Below are positions 1-10,930 of a stretch of DNA of 64,000 bases, piece after piece (within the stretch, counting starts at the first letter, position 1; every line of letters begins with the position of its first letter). The notes beneath the pieces are model-generated. The model did no database searches. It worked only from the letters and a program-made list of their open reading frames with translations, and was not told the origin of the DNA. The translations under genes were made by a program, and so were the position numbers. The stretch is from Camelus ferus (lineage: Eukaryota): the NCBI RefSeq assembly GCF_009834535.1, contig NC_045697.1, positions 11,472,001-11,536,000 on the forward strand, in the 5' to 3' direction.

Positions 1-501
1 CAGAGTTTCAGAAACACAGCCTGTGTTGGATTTTCCTCACGGCGGTGGGTGGGAATGTTTTAGACACACAGTTATAAGCCAAGAAGTCTGGCAGCGCCAT
101 CCAACTGCCTTTAAGATATCACTCATGTTTGGGTGCTTGCAGTAAGGCAATGGTGCTTCATTACATTCAAATGTCAAGCAAATAATACTCATTCGTTTAT
201 CACTCATTAAACACAATATTTACTGAGAGTCCATTATGAGACAAGCAATCTCAGAGACCATGAGAATAAGAGACTTGAACAAAATAAGGTCTTCATGGAG
301 ATTATATTCTAGTGGAAGAGACAGACCATTATACAAATAATGGATCAGGGTGGAAAGTGCTGTGTAAAAAAATTCATCATGGGAAGAAATGGCTAAAAGC
401 CATATTCCATTGGTCTCCAAGAAGTGGAGAGACTGTACTTTATGTAAGTGGTTACAAAAGAGTCTCAGTTATGTTTTTGACTTCAAAAATATTGGAAGAT
501 A

Positions 502-1065
502 ATTGACCTAAGTGTACATGTGAATTTGCCTACTTTTGGTAATTCATGGATTTTTGCAGAGTGTGGAGAATTCTGAGTCATCTGGAGTGCACGTTTCCAG
601 CTAAGGTCCAAGGAGGTAGTGCTCTGCCTTCTTGTTTCAGCTTTCATATTGTAAACAAATGTCATTTTTAAAGGCTACTTAGTGCCATGTTTTCTGCATT
701 TTTGTGCTTTTCCTCGGTGATTTGTTGTTCAAAATGGCTCCTGAAGTATGGTGTTAATTTAGTGTTCTTAAGTTCAGCTGGCTGTGATGTGCTTTATGGG
801 GAAAATACCTGTGTTAGAATAAGCTTCATTCGTTTGCTGGTGGCTGAGTTCGGTGTTGGAGAATCAACAATATACATTAAACAAGGTGTCTTTAAACAAA
901 AATGCAGATAAAACAAAGTTATACGTTGATTAGTTAACAAACAGTACAGCATGAGGCTTACAGGAAGCTAACTCTATGCTTCCCGCAGGAGCAGTGGCTC
1001 AGTATTCACTAATTCTGTGTTAACAGCGACTTTAGAACATAACAATGGCAAAGGAGAATTGACTT
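502..1065 (+). mobile_element. MER82-like TcMar-Tigger non-autonomous DNA transposon
   Basis: Collinear with recalled MER82 consensus (gtgaatttgcctact...ctctgccttcttgtttcagct...ggctgtgatgtgc...gaatcaacaatata...gagaattgact), with TA at both flanks. Confidence 0.75.
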
Positions 1066-1106
1066 TATCTCTCCCCTCCTTCTCTTTCCATTGCCATATA
1101 CTGAGA

Positions 1107-1340
1107 GGCATCTTAGTATTGTTGAAAAAACATGGACTTCAGAATTAAACAAAACTGGACTTTAATCCAGATTAAATATGTGTGATTTGGGGGCAAGATC
1201 ATTCATCACACTGGGCTTCAATTTTATGATCTGTAAAATAGAAATAACACTAACAGGGTTATAAGCAGGGTTGCTGTGAGGATTAAAGGAAATAACAAAT
1301 GAACACCAATTATTCAGCACATAGTAGGTACTAATTAAAT
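1107..1340 (+). mobile_element. MIR SINE
   Basis: MIR core tgtgtgatttggggcaag...gatctgtaaaatag...gggttgctgtgaggattaaa and L2-like tail gcacatagtaggtact. Confidence 0.8.
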
Positions 1341-1984
1341 TAAAGCTACTTTAAAAATATCATCTAAATTTTTGATGTTAAGTATGTCTGGCTAGTGGAA
1401 ATTGTATAATTGTAGATAATCACTTGAATATTTTGAAAGTAAATCTCTTTTTTAATTGAAACAATATTTCATGCATATGCTAAAAGCTGAAAAGAAACCA
1501 AAGGGCTTGCGTGAACAGGGAGCCTCTATCTTGCCTCCATCTCCCAGTTGCTCTCCCCAGAGGCGACTACTGTTAACCATTGTATATGTTTCTAGAAGAT
1601 TTAGGTGCAAACACAGGTATTTACAGAAGACTTCAGGACAAATACTTCATTTTAAAAATTAGGAAAAAAGTAAAATTAAAATGATGAGTCCTTACAACTC
1701 TTCAGATTTTAAAAGCGATGGTGATAACAACTCTGGGTTTTTTGCTCTGTGATTTGCCCCTTCAATACAAACGTCCTGCTGGAAGCAGTTAAAAAGTGAG
1801 CTACTTCATTGGTAAAGGGTATTCAACTAGTTCTGGCTCTTTGGGTCCCCCTCCCCTATCCCTGCCATGCTGACTCTCTACCTGTCAACACAATTGATTA
1901 TCTATCTACCTGCAGCCACTACCTCGTTCTTCCTTGCTCTGAGAACTCCCATCACTTCAGATACTCGTTGACAATCTATTCCAA

Positions 1985-2340
1985 GGGATGACTTATGATT
2001 GGTCTAAATCAGTGTACTCTCTCTCCAAAAGACTGATTTCAAAATCACTATGTGACCCAGTTCCTTGGTGCAACATAAAGAGAACTTTCTCCTCCTTCCT
2101 GTTTGGAGATTTTGGTGTGTGAAGCTGCTACAGCCATCTTGCATGTCTCCATAAGCACTGCCAACCTCAGCTGGCCAACTGGAACGGTGACAAAAGCATG
2201 TACTCTAGTGACATTGCTGAGCTGCTAAACTGCCTCTAGAGCTCCTTAGCTCTGGACACAGGTAAGCAACTGCCCTTGCTCTTGTAGCCATATTTTGCTC
2301 AATATCCTGTTACTTGCAGCCAAAAGCATCCTAAGTGACC
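1985..2340 (+). mobile_element. MaLR solo LTR (old MLT1J/K/L-like)
   Basis: atgtgacccagttc, gctgctacagccatcttg and the characteristic 3' end ctgttacttgcagccaaaagcatcctaagtgac. Confidence 0.65.
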
Positions 2341-2609
2341 TAGCTCAAAACTCACTCCAACACATTTGGATGAGCTTCTCTGCCTGGACCTTTTGCATTT
2401 CCACAGCCCTCTCACGCCGTTTTATTCTTTTCCCTCTGGCTCTAGCTCCATAGTTCTCCCCAGATCCCTCCCCCTCCTCCATGAACCCAGACAACCAGCT
2501 TCCTTCCTGAGGGAGCTGCCAGACATCTGGGAAAAACTGCAGAGTTTGGATCAGTAAATGCCACAATTTATTCTCCAATTCATGTAATGTTGAAATGATT
2601 CAATGTTCA

Positions 2610-2900
2610 TTTTTCATTTGTTCACCAAATATTTATTAAACTTCTATTTATTAAGTACCAGGAACTGTGCTTGATACAGGAATATAATTGCAAGTAAAAC
2701 AAATGTTCTCTGCTCTGAGTGAGTTTATAGTCTACTGTATAAGCAAATAATCATACAAATCAAGGTATAACTGCAAACTCTGAAAAGGTGAATGCAGAAA
2801 AGCACAGGGTTCTCAGTGACAGATGAGCCAGAGGATGGAGAAAACTGTCAGGAGGAAGGGCTCCTCCATCTGGGCTTAATTTGGAGGAGTCTTGAACTCA
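2610..2900 (-). mobile_element. L2 LINE 3' fragment
   Basis: ttcatttgttcaccaaatatttatt...taccaggaactgtgct...gagtttatagtcta is the reverse complement of an L2 3' end. Confidence 0.7.
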
Positions 2901-3136
2901 GGGAAAAATTACACTTTTATTCTCACTGCCTTCTAACTGAAATTTGGCATTTCCTTCCATTTATAACTTTGGCCATCAAATATAGTAGCATGACAGTAGT
3001 TGTGGAGATCTTGAAATAGTGTTTACATTCACCCCTACTTTGAAATTATTATAGTTATTATACCTGCCACAAGTTCATGACACTTGATGAATTAATAAAG
3101 ACACACACACACATATGTGTATGTGTGTGTATGTGC

Positions 3137-3173
<37 letters not shown>

Positions 3174-3337
3174 TATCTTATGACATAACAATTTTTTAAA
3201 AATATTTTGAAAACTATTTCAATAGAAGTACATTCCTATATATTTTATGGATGTTAAAACAGTGTCCTAAGAAGAGGGTATACAGACTTTATCAGACTGC
3301 TAAAGAGATCTTTGGCACAAAAATTGTTAAGAACATT
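2900..3337 (-). mobile_element. hAT-Charlie element (Charlie4a/MER80-like) interrupted by a CA/TA microsatellite
   Basis: Terminus cagactgctaaagagatctttggcacaaaaattgttaagaac; homologous in inverted orientation to the copy at 54043-54498. Confidence 0.65.
3101..3177. repeat. Compound (CA)/(TG)/(TA) microsatellite
   Basis: Directly visible dinucleotide runs. Confidence 0.95.
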
Positions 3338-3344
3338 TTTTAAG

Positions 3345-3940
3345 TGATGTTAATGGTGGGAGTTACCAAGAAAAATTAATGTCATCATCTCCTTTCCCTA
3401 CTACTATCCCTCGGGTCTTCACTGTGTTTCAAAGGTCCACATAAGAGTCACTGCAGAAGAGCTGGGGCCCAGAGGAAGGGCTTGGAGAGGCAGAAACAGA
3501 AATAACTCACCTGGGAGTGGGAGAGATGCTCCAGTATTAGGAAAAGCAGGAGGTGGGGGTGGTTGCTGCCCGTAAGAGGTAGCAGCACTCTCCCTTGGAA
3601 GTACTGAGGAGGTGCTGGGACCTGACAACCATGACAACCATGGATAAAGAGCTTAGGGGTGTGCCCAGGGGCTGGCATCAGGCATGAAGTCTCCTGGCCT
3701 CAGCACTGATCCTCATGTAAAACATAGCATAGAGGAGAAGACTTTCTGAGCTTGGACAACGAGCATCGTAGCAGTGACTTTGATGTTATGAAGACCAGAA
3801 GCCCTAGACACTGCCTAAGCCCTGTTGACCAAAAATTTTTTTAAAGAATGGAAATGGAATTTCTTGTCTCCCTGGTGAGCTGGGACTCAAAATCTTATTT
3901 TTTTTTAATAAATCATGTGCCATTTTTTATACCAGGTGTT
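3345..3940 (+). mobile_element. Possible ancient Gypsy-like solo LTR (MamGypLTR-like)
   Basis: 3' part ggaatttcttgtctccctggtgagctgggactcaaaatc...aataaatcatgtgccatttt resembles recalled MamGypLTR ends; highly degenerate. Confidence 0.3.
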
Positions 3941-3944
3941 ATAG

Positions 3945-4760
3945 TTGAATAAGATACATATCTGCTCTATTGAGAGCTGAAGTGTGAATGGAAGTTAACT
4001 TAGTAAATTAGTCAGGTTGGTAGGGCTGTTCTTGGAAGAAAGCATCATATGTCAAGACCCAGGGAATGAGAAAGAGCATGACATTAGTGGAAAGGCCAGT
4101 GTGCCTCAGGGTAAGACTGGAGAGGGAAATGGGAGGTTGCAACTACAGAGCCTTCCCTTCTATAGGGCGTGTTAAGGTATGCGGCCATTCCCATAACAAC
4201 CCTGGAATGGCTTCAATTGTTTAGGCTTTAAGTATCTGTTTAGGATGGGGTAAGCAGAAAAAAAGGGGTGTGAAATAATCAAATTTGCATCTTACATACA
4301 TGTCCTTGGCTGACGTGTGGAGAGAGTTTTGGGAGAAGTATAAAAGTGGCGATGTGGAGGCTCTTTAGAAATCTACTGCAATTGTCCAGCAAGAGGTGAT
4401 GCTGACTTGGACTAGAGAGGAGGCAATGCAGTGAAATGGTGGGGGGGTGGGGGGGATTCAAGGAAAAGGAAATAAACTTGATCAGATTTGGGGAGGAATC
4501 AGACCTCCAGGGTGAGATGTCAGAGGGCCTGGCTTGTAATCATCATGCTATGGCATTCCTTGGGGTGGTACCATTCCCTGAAATAAAGCTCCCTCAGGAA
4601 GGAACAGATTTCAGCCAGGAAGAGGAGAGGATACAAATCAGAATTTTTGTTATGATAATATTGAAAATGAAGTGGTTTGAGACGTATCAGCTGAGGTTGA
4701 ACAAGTGGTTGGATGTATGGCTATAAGAGAGGAGTATCCATTAGCTGTACAGATTCAAGC
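3945..4760 (-). mobile_element. L2 LINE fragment
   Basis: Purine-rich L2 antisense signature (ctactgcaattgtccagcaagaggtgatg, gtggttggatgtatgg). Confidence 0.6.
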
Positions 4761-4819
4761 AAATTTCTTTAAATTTTAAGATTGTGAGCCACTCTAAATC
4801 ATTCTTAGCCCTTATATAT

Positions 4820-4962
4820 GATGGTGACAATGATGGTGATAATGATTATGGTGACAGTGAGTTGATGATTACAGTGATGGTGGTTGTTGATGTTGATGGT
4901 GATGTTGATTTTGATGATGATGGTGATGGTGTTGATGAAGGTGTTGGTGGTGTAATGGTGAT
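4820..4962. repeat. Degenerate (GAT/GGT)n trinucleotide low-complexity tract
   Basis: Directly visible; explains the D/G/V-rich ORF at 4784-4978. Confidence 0.9.
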
Positions 4963-4965
4963 AGG

Positions 4966-5450
4966 TAACACTCATTGACAATTACTCTGTTTTAAGCACT
5001 TTGGTACAGTATTCTACTTAATTATTATAATAATAATATATGTTTTATTAATAATCTATTTTATGGTTGGGAAGCTGAGGCCCAAGATCACATAGCCAAT
5101 TAGTGGCAGAGGCACTATCCAAATCCAATGTGTTCCATAAAGTGGAAACACTAATCATATTTACCTTAGAGGGTTTTTGTGAAGATGACATTTTAAAATG
5201 ATAATAATTGATATTTGTGAAGCACTTATTATATGCCAGACACTGTTTTAAGTGTTTTGCATGGATTAACTCATTTAATCCTTGCAACAATATGATGAGC
5301 TAAGTACCATTATTGTTATCCTCACTTTAGAGATGAGAAAATGGAGGCACTTCATTGAAGTGGGCTTCAATGATTAGCTTGTATCTGAGTAAGTCAGACA
5401 CAAGATTAGGGCCAAGGAAGTTTGGTTCCAGAGTCCATGATGTTGCCCAG
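4966..5450 (-). mobile_element. Two tandem MIR SINEs (approx. 4966-5135 and 5200-5450)
   Basis: gcacttattatatgccagacactg...ctcatttaatcct...tttagagatgagaaaatggaggc; gggaagctgaggcccaagatcacatagc. Confidence 0.8.
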
Positions 5451-7199
5451 TATGTTATATTATTTCCTATCCACCAAGCATTTAAGAAAGTTCTTGCTGC
5501 ATGGCAAGCATCCAATGCCACTGTCTCAGCACTTAACCAAGGACATTGATGCTTTGCAAAAGATGAGGAGCTAAGGCTACATTTGCATTAAAGGCCAAGT
5601 TCTGAAACATAAGAACACCTGTCACAAAGTAGATGCTCAAACAATATGTGTTAAATGAATGAATGAGCCCAGGATGACAGTAGCAAACTAATCAAAATGT
5701 AAGACTTGTTCTACCACTGTCTCTCAGATCTGTCCCTTGGAACTATCACTTCTCTTCTTAGGTCTTATTTCATTCAGTTGTAAAATGTGTTGGTGGAACC
5801 ATTAGAAAGGACAAATGGTCTACATATTCTGTGCAGTCATTTCCTACTCCTGCCCCCCAGACATAACTAATCCATCACAGCACCGTCTCTCACTGAGCCC
5901 AAGCCCACCTTCAAGACCATACTCTCAGAAATCATCAGGACCCCCACTCAAGATTCAACCTGTTAGCAGACCCTGAATTCCATGACGTCCGAAGTCTCTT
6001 CCAACCCTGACATCTCATCCCTCTCGGAAATAAGTCCTGCTTTCTTAAGATCTTCTGCATGATTCTGCAGCTTTCAAATGTTTTCACTCAACTCCAAACC
6101 TACACCCTTGGCTGGATGGGCCTGTGTTCTCTTCAGGCCATAAGGGGAGAATAAGAACCACATGCTGACAGGGCTGCAGTCTGTTCAGGCGTCTGCCTGG
6201 TGACGTTGAAACTGCTGTGGCAACTGGAGGCCACGCGCCGCTGTCAGCAGCATCCTTCATGAGAGGCCTTCCCACGTTTCCTAGACATTCCCAGAGTTCT
6301 CAGGAGTAATCGGCTCTTTTCTTTTTTTTTTTTTTTTGCAAGAATTTTGCTCTTCCTAAATTCATTTCCCATCAGCCTGTTCACAGCTGCTGTCTACTAG
6401 CCCCAAGCAAACTGAAATGAAAGGGCTCTTGCTGACTCCCCCAACCTCCCAACACAACCCCAGAAAAATGGGACTCTCATCCTCTTGGGGGTGTGGAACC
6501 TCCCCTTGCTTCCGTCCGTCTTCTCTCTGCAGCTGTGCACTGAGACTTTAGCAGGCACTCTGACCAGATACACATTTTAAACAGCTTTGTAGCTATTTTT
6601 CACCATCTGCTTTTCATACTGGAACCAACAACTGTCTTTGAACATCATTTTGTATTTCTCCCAGCCCCCTTTCAATGCTGAATCAAGACCTATTACCAAC
6701 CCTAAGCTGGGTGAGGCGATAACAATATTTACAGTATTATTCTTTGTGTACAGACACCAACAAACCAAATGAGCCCAGCTGGGTGTCGACCATCAGTCAG
6801 TCCCCAACACACTCTGCAGACTGGCCATGAGGAGAGGTCTCAACAGGACAAGGCTGCACAAGAAGTCTGGGATCCCACTTGGCTGCTGACGCCCTGAGCA
6901 CAACCCTCAGCCAGTCTCTTCACTTCTCTGAGCTTCGGTTTCTTCATCTGTTCAATGTTCCCACCAAGCCACTTTCTCCACAGCTCCTGAGATGAGACAC
7001 TCCCCTAATGCTCTGGAGGCAAGAAGTGACTAGCCAAGACAAAGAGCAAGAGAACAGGGTTGGAGAGGCCCCCTGTCTCAGGTGTGGGTGGGAAGAAATG
7101 CTGGGAGGAGGAACACAGCCACACACCAATTTCCAATATGATTCTTCCAACAGCTGTACTGGGTAGTGAGCGGGGATGGGGTACTCCCTGTATCCAAGC

Positions 7200-7522
7200 A
7201 GCAGAAAGACGCTGAGCCTGGGTCCTTCCAAAGGTGGGTTCTTTCCAAGACGATGACTTGCAAACACAGAGTGATGCACTCATGACTCTCCCACAGGCCC
7301 TCTTGCAACAGGGCACATCTTCAAAATCAGCAAGAGAATCTCTCGCTCTAGTCTACTAAGATGGAGTCTTCTATAATGTAGCGCAGGGAAGTGACATCTT
7401 ATCACCTTTGCCATATTCTACTGACTAGAAGCAAGTCACAGATTCCACTCAGACTCAAGGAGAGGGGACTGTACAAAAGCATGACTCATTGGGTGTCAAC
7501 TTAGAATCCTGTGATCTCCACC
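7200..7522 (-). mobile_element. MaLR solo LTR (MLT1F-like)
   Basis: gaagtgacatcttatcacctttgccatattctactgactagaagcaagtcacag...actcaaggagagggg is typical of antisense MLT1F. Confidence 0.7.
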
Positions 7523-7749
7523 AGCAGCCTATGACCTCTTCCACATGGAATCCCCTGACTCCTTAGCAGCCAAGCACCACTCTGGTGCAGGGCTCTCTGG
7601 TGAGGGCATCGCCTGACCTCAGAGGTCCTGATCTAATCCTGCCTTGTACAGCACATTCACTGATGAGGCTTCCAGTTCATAAATCTGCAAATATTTATTG
7701 ACAATATACTACATACTAGCAGTGTAAATTTTTTAAAATTGTAATAATC

Positions 7750-7955
7750 GTTATTAAAAACACATTTGTGATGAACTTTGCAATTTATAAAGGACTTTGA
7801 CTCACCCTCTGATTTGATTCTTACAACAACCAACGAGGGAAATACCATTGTCCTCATACTGCATGTGAGGAAACTGGACTTCTGGAAGCTCAATGACGTA
7901 GTCATGATCATGTGCGTAGTAAGTGACAGAATCAAGATGGGAACCAAACATCCTA
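7750..7955 (-). mobile_element. MIR SINE
   Basis: tttgattcttacaacaacc...tgtcctcatactgcatgtgaggaaactg. Confidence 0.7.
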
Positions 7956-8519
7956 TGTTCTTATCTCTAGGAGTGTATTTCTAGTTGAAAAAGTATAATA
8001 AATGTTTATTTCCATCAAGAGATCAGTAACAATGAATGGAATGTGTACTTAGATGTATAGGATCAGCGTGATCCTAAAGGATTTTTCAGAAAGGCTAGTC
8101 TGGCCCAGGAGGATCTCACAGATGAGATGGGACATGAATTCGATCCCAAAGAATAGGATTCATGTGTTTGACGGGGTGGGTGAAAGGACGAGCATCTACG
8201 AGGAAGGAATGAGGTGAATAAAACGGAAAGGGAGAAAATTATGAGAGATTCTAGGGGCATCAGGGGAAAACTGCCCAGCCAAAAAGAGGCCCCAATAGGA
8301 GAAAAGTGGAAGGAAAGACTGGAAAGGCATTTGGAACTCCAGTAGCCTCTTTGGGATTTAAACACTGTGGCATCAGTGGGCCCCCAACCTCCTTAGCCTT
8401 CCTGGAATCTCATGCCTACGTGGCAACCTGCACACTGACCGACACTGAGCTCCCCGGGGCAGCAGGCCGGGGGCAGGCACCCCTCTGCTGCCAGAGCTTG
8501 GACACTGGGCTCACCTGGT

Positions 8520-8725
8520 GAGGCAGCTGAGCGGAAAGGGCTGGACAGATCTGGTGCGCTCGCAGTGCCCCAGGTAGGCGGCTTCGACCTCGCTGAGCCT
8601 GCTTCTACCACCACAAGATGGAGGTTCAAAGTACCCACCTTGCAGAATTGTCGAGTAGGAGAAATACGATCGTGTCTGCAAGGTGCATAGCTCTACCTGT
8701 TCGACAAAGAGGGGCGATTATTGCA
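8520..8725 (+). mobile_element. MIR SINE, unusually CpG-rich
   Basis: acctcgctgagcctgcttct...aagatggagg...agtacccaccttgcagaattgt follows the MIR core. Confidence 0.55.
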
Positions 8726-8945
8726 AAGTGATACCTAGCCATTGGTATGGTACAGGGACCCCCCATAGTCCCAGAAGTTCTACATGCACCTTCCTGCATC
8801 ATGTGCCCCCGAAAGTCTTCTCCTTGTTTATCGTCAGTTACAAAATAATTGCTATTTTCGGAAATGACTTCTTTAACCACTTGGCCATTGGTGATAAAAG
8901 TGAAAATAAATTAACAAGTAGCATAGACGGTGTCTTAGATCAGAG

Positions 8946-9142
8946 CAGCAGTTCTTAACCAGGGGACATCCCGCTGGGCCTGGAGATGCTGGTTGTCACT
9001 ACTGGAGGGTGTTACGCATCTAGTAGGTTGAGGCCAAGGATGCTTCTAAGCACCCTACATCCCAGGACAGCCTCCGCCCTACACACTCTGCAAAGAATTA
9101 TTCAGCCCCAAATGTCAATAGCGCTGAGGTCGAGAAACTCTA
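8946..9142 (+). mobile_element. MER20 (hAT-Charlie) with 8-bp TSD
   Basis: Termini cagcagttcttaacc...agccccaaatgtcaatagcgctgaggtcgagaaactcta; TSD gatcagag (8938-8945) / gaccagag (9143-9150). Confidence 0.9.
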
Positions 9143-9147
9143 GACCA

Positions 9148-9683
9148 GAGATGAGGAGATCTGGGTCCCGGTCTTTGCTTTGAATAAGCTCTGTGATAAA
9201 TAGGCCCTTAACTTATCTGGGCTTCGGTTTTCTTATCTCTAAAATGAAAACTTCGGCTTAGATGTGCCTGCAACAAAGTGGAAAAAAAAAGTTGTAGCAA
9301 ACTTTTCATAAAACTCCATGTATTCGCTTTGAAATTTGGTTCCTTTTACTGAGACTGCTTTGTTGGAGAAGGATGATAAATACCCCTTCTTTTATTTTAT
9401 ATTTTTTATCTATTCTTTTTCAGATTCTTTTCCATTATAGGTTATTACAAGATATTGAGTATAGTTCTCTGTGCTATACAATATAATACCTCTTCTTTTA
9501 AAAATAGTTGTGATCGTTAAGTTGAAAAACATCAAAGTATTCATAGCAAAAAAAAAAAAAAGCAAGTTCCATGTCAGCTCCACAAACTTAAAAGATTTTA
9601 TTTGTCAATGAAATCCAAATTTTGAGAAACCCAGCCTCCATGATCTCAAAGATCTCTTCCAGCTTCAGTGAGCTAGGATTCTT
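9148..9683 (+). mobile_element. MIR/MIR3 split by a ~370-bp hAT-like insert (approx. 9265-9635)
   Basis: MIR core to ...ctctaaaatgaaaacttcggcttagatg resumes at ~9640 as atgatctcaaagatctcttccagc...ctaggattct; the insert ends tttgagaaaccca, a hAT-type terminus. Confidence 0.55.
9394..9484 (-). mobile_element. Very short 5'-truncated artiodactyl-type L1 3'UTR insertion
   Basis: tattctttttcagattcttttccattataggttattacaagatattgagtatag; 15-bp TSD aataccccttctttt (9379-9393) / aatacctcttctttt (9485-9499) followed by AA (L1 endonuclease TTTT/AA site). Confidence 0.85.
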
Positions 9684-10329
9684 TTGGACTCTGTTAAAAG
9701 AAATTACTAGAAAGTTGCTGCCTCATGAAGTGTTACGCTTTTCTGAAAAACACGCTGGATTAACCGAGGTTCACTCAGGAAACCAGTGGCTAGTCTATGT
9801 ATTCCAGGCATTGGAATTAAGGGGTTATACAACCAGTGGAGGAGCTGGGAAGTAAAACCCAGAGCAGCCACCTCTGAAGCCAGTGTTGAAGTCTTTGGCC
9901 TGAACCGCTGAAGCAGGTGGTTCTCAAGAATGTGTCTGGAAGCCTCTGTGAGTTTCACCTCCGGGCGCACATCTACTGCAACTGCCCTCAGAACGTCCTG
10001 GCTCCTGCTCTTCAACTTTCCAAATCTCTCTCCAGACTTGCAAGTGCCTCTCACTGGCAAACTGGGGGAAGGGGTTTGGGGATATGTAGTCTCTGCTTCT
10101 CCTCTGTGATGCGATGGGGACCTCAGAAGGGACCACAATCCAACACACACACACACTAAAAAGACCCAGATACCATCCCATCTTCCACCCACTTCCTTCT
10201 GCTCCATCCCTGCACAGATGCTGGGAGTCAAGCAAACCACAACTCTGTTCAGAGGACAGCTTGCCTCTGAACATGTGTTTCTCGATGGCAGAGGAGAATC
10301 TGAAAAAAAAAAGGGGGGGGGAGTGGAGT

Positions 10330-10930
10330 TCAATGAGTTAAACAAATCAACATTGTTTACCAAAATGCCTGACATTTTAAATAATTCCTGGCCTGATCTG
10401 CAACGACTGTAGGGAGGCTTGTTGGAGTTTTCAATTCCCCATTAGCATTTTGTAAGCCAACAAGTCTCCGAGCTTCAAATCCTGGGACCAGCACATGAAG
10501 CTATAAACCGTTGTTCTGCTGACGCGGTAATTGCCTGACATGGCTACCTGGTTCGAACTCGTGCTTAGTATGCAAATCCGCTCCAAGAACGCATTTGACA
10601 ATCACTTTTCTGTCCACAGAAACTGCCCCTTGACAGAAAACGCATTCTGAAAATGACTTTCTATTTTTCGCCTTTAAAACTAAAGCTTGCAAGTCCGATG
10701 GCAGCGGAGAGCAACAACATGTGCTTATGATTATGATTACCATCAGGGAATTCAACCTTACAGAGGGGGAAAGGGGCCCACCGAGGGGGGAGCACACCAG
10801 AGGAAACCACCCCAGTCGGGTCGGCTATTCCCGGGTAATGGGAGAAACTCGATTGTGGAAAGCAGTGCTGGTTTCACTCCAGACTCTACAGAAACGTTGC
10901 GTGGGCAGAATGAGAAATGCTGACAAACAA
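10330..10930. promoter_or_regulatory. Candidate enhancer / conserved non-coding element
   Basis: Repeat-free and CpG-retaining; FOX TGTTTAC 10354-10360, SOX CATTGT 10351-10356, MAF half-site TGCTGAC 10517-10523, octamer ATGCAAAT 10570-10577, MEIS TGACAG 10631-10636. Confidence 0.45.

Noticed and set aside
2366..2557. Protein-looking ORF ending SFLRELPDIWEKLQSLDQ with nearby + strand acceptors
   Set aside because: No good donor, no recognised homology, no partner exons
4784..4978. Acidic D/G/V-rich ORF
   Set aside because: Translation of the degenerate GAT/GGT repeat
9707..10375. Longest ORF in the track (222 aa, minus strand)
   Set aside because: Non-ATG start, crosses a CA run and A/G homopolymers, no recognisable domain; consistent with a chance ORF
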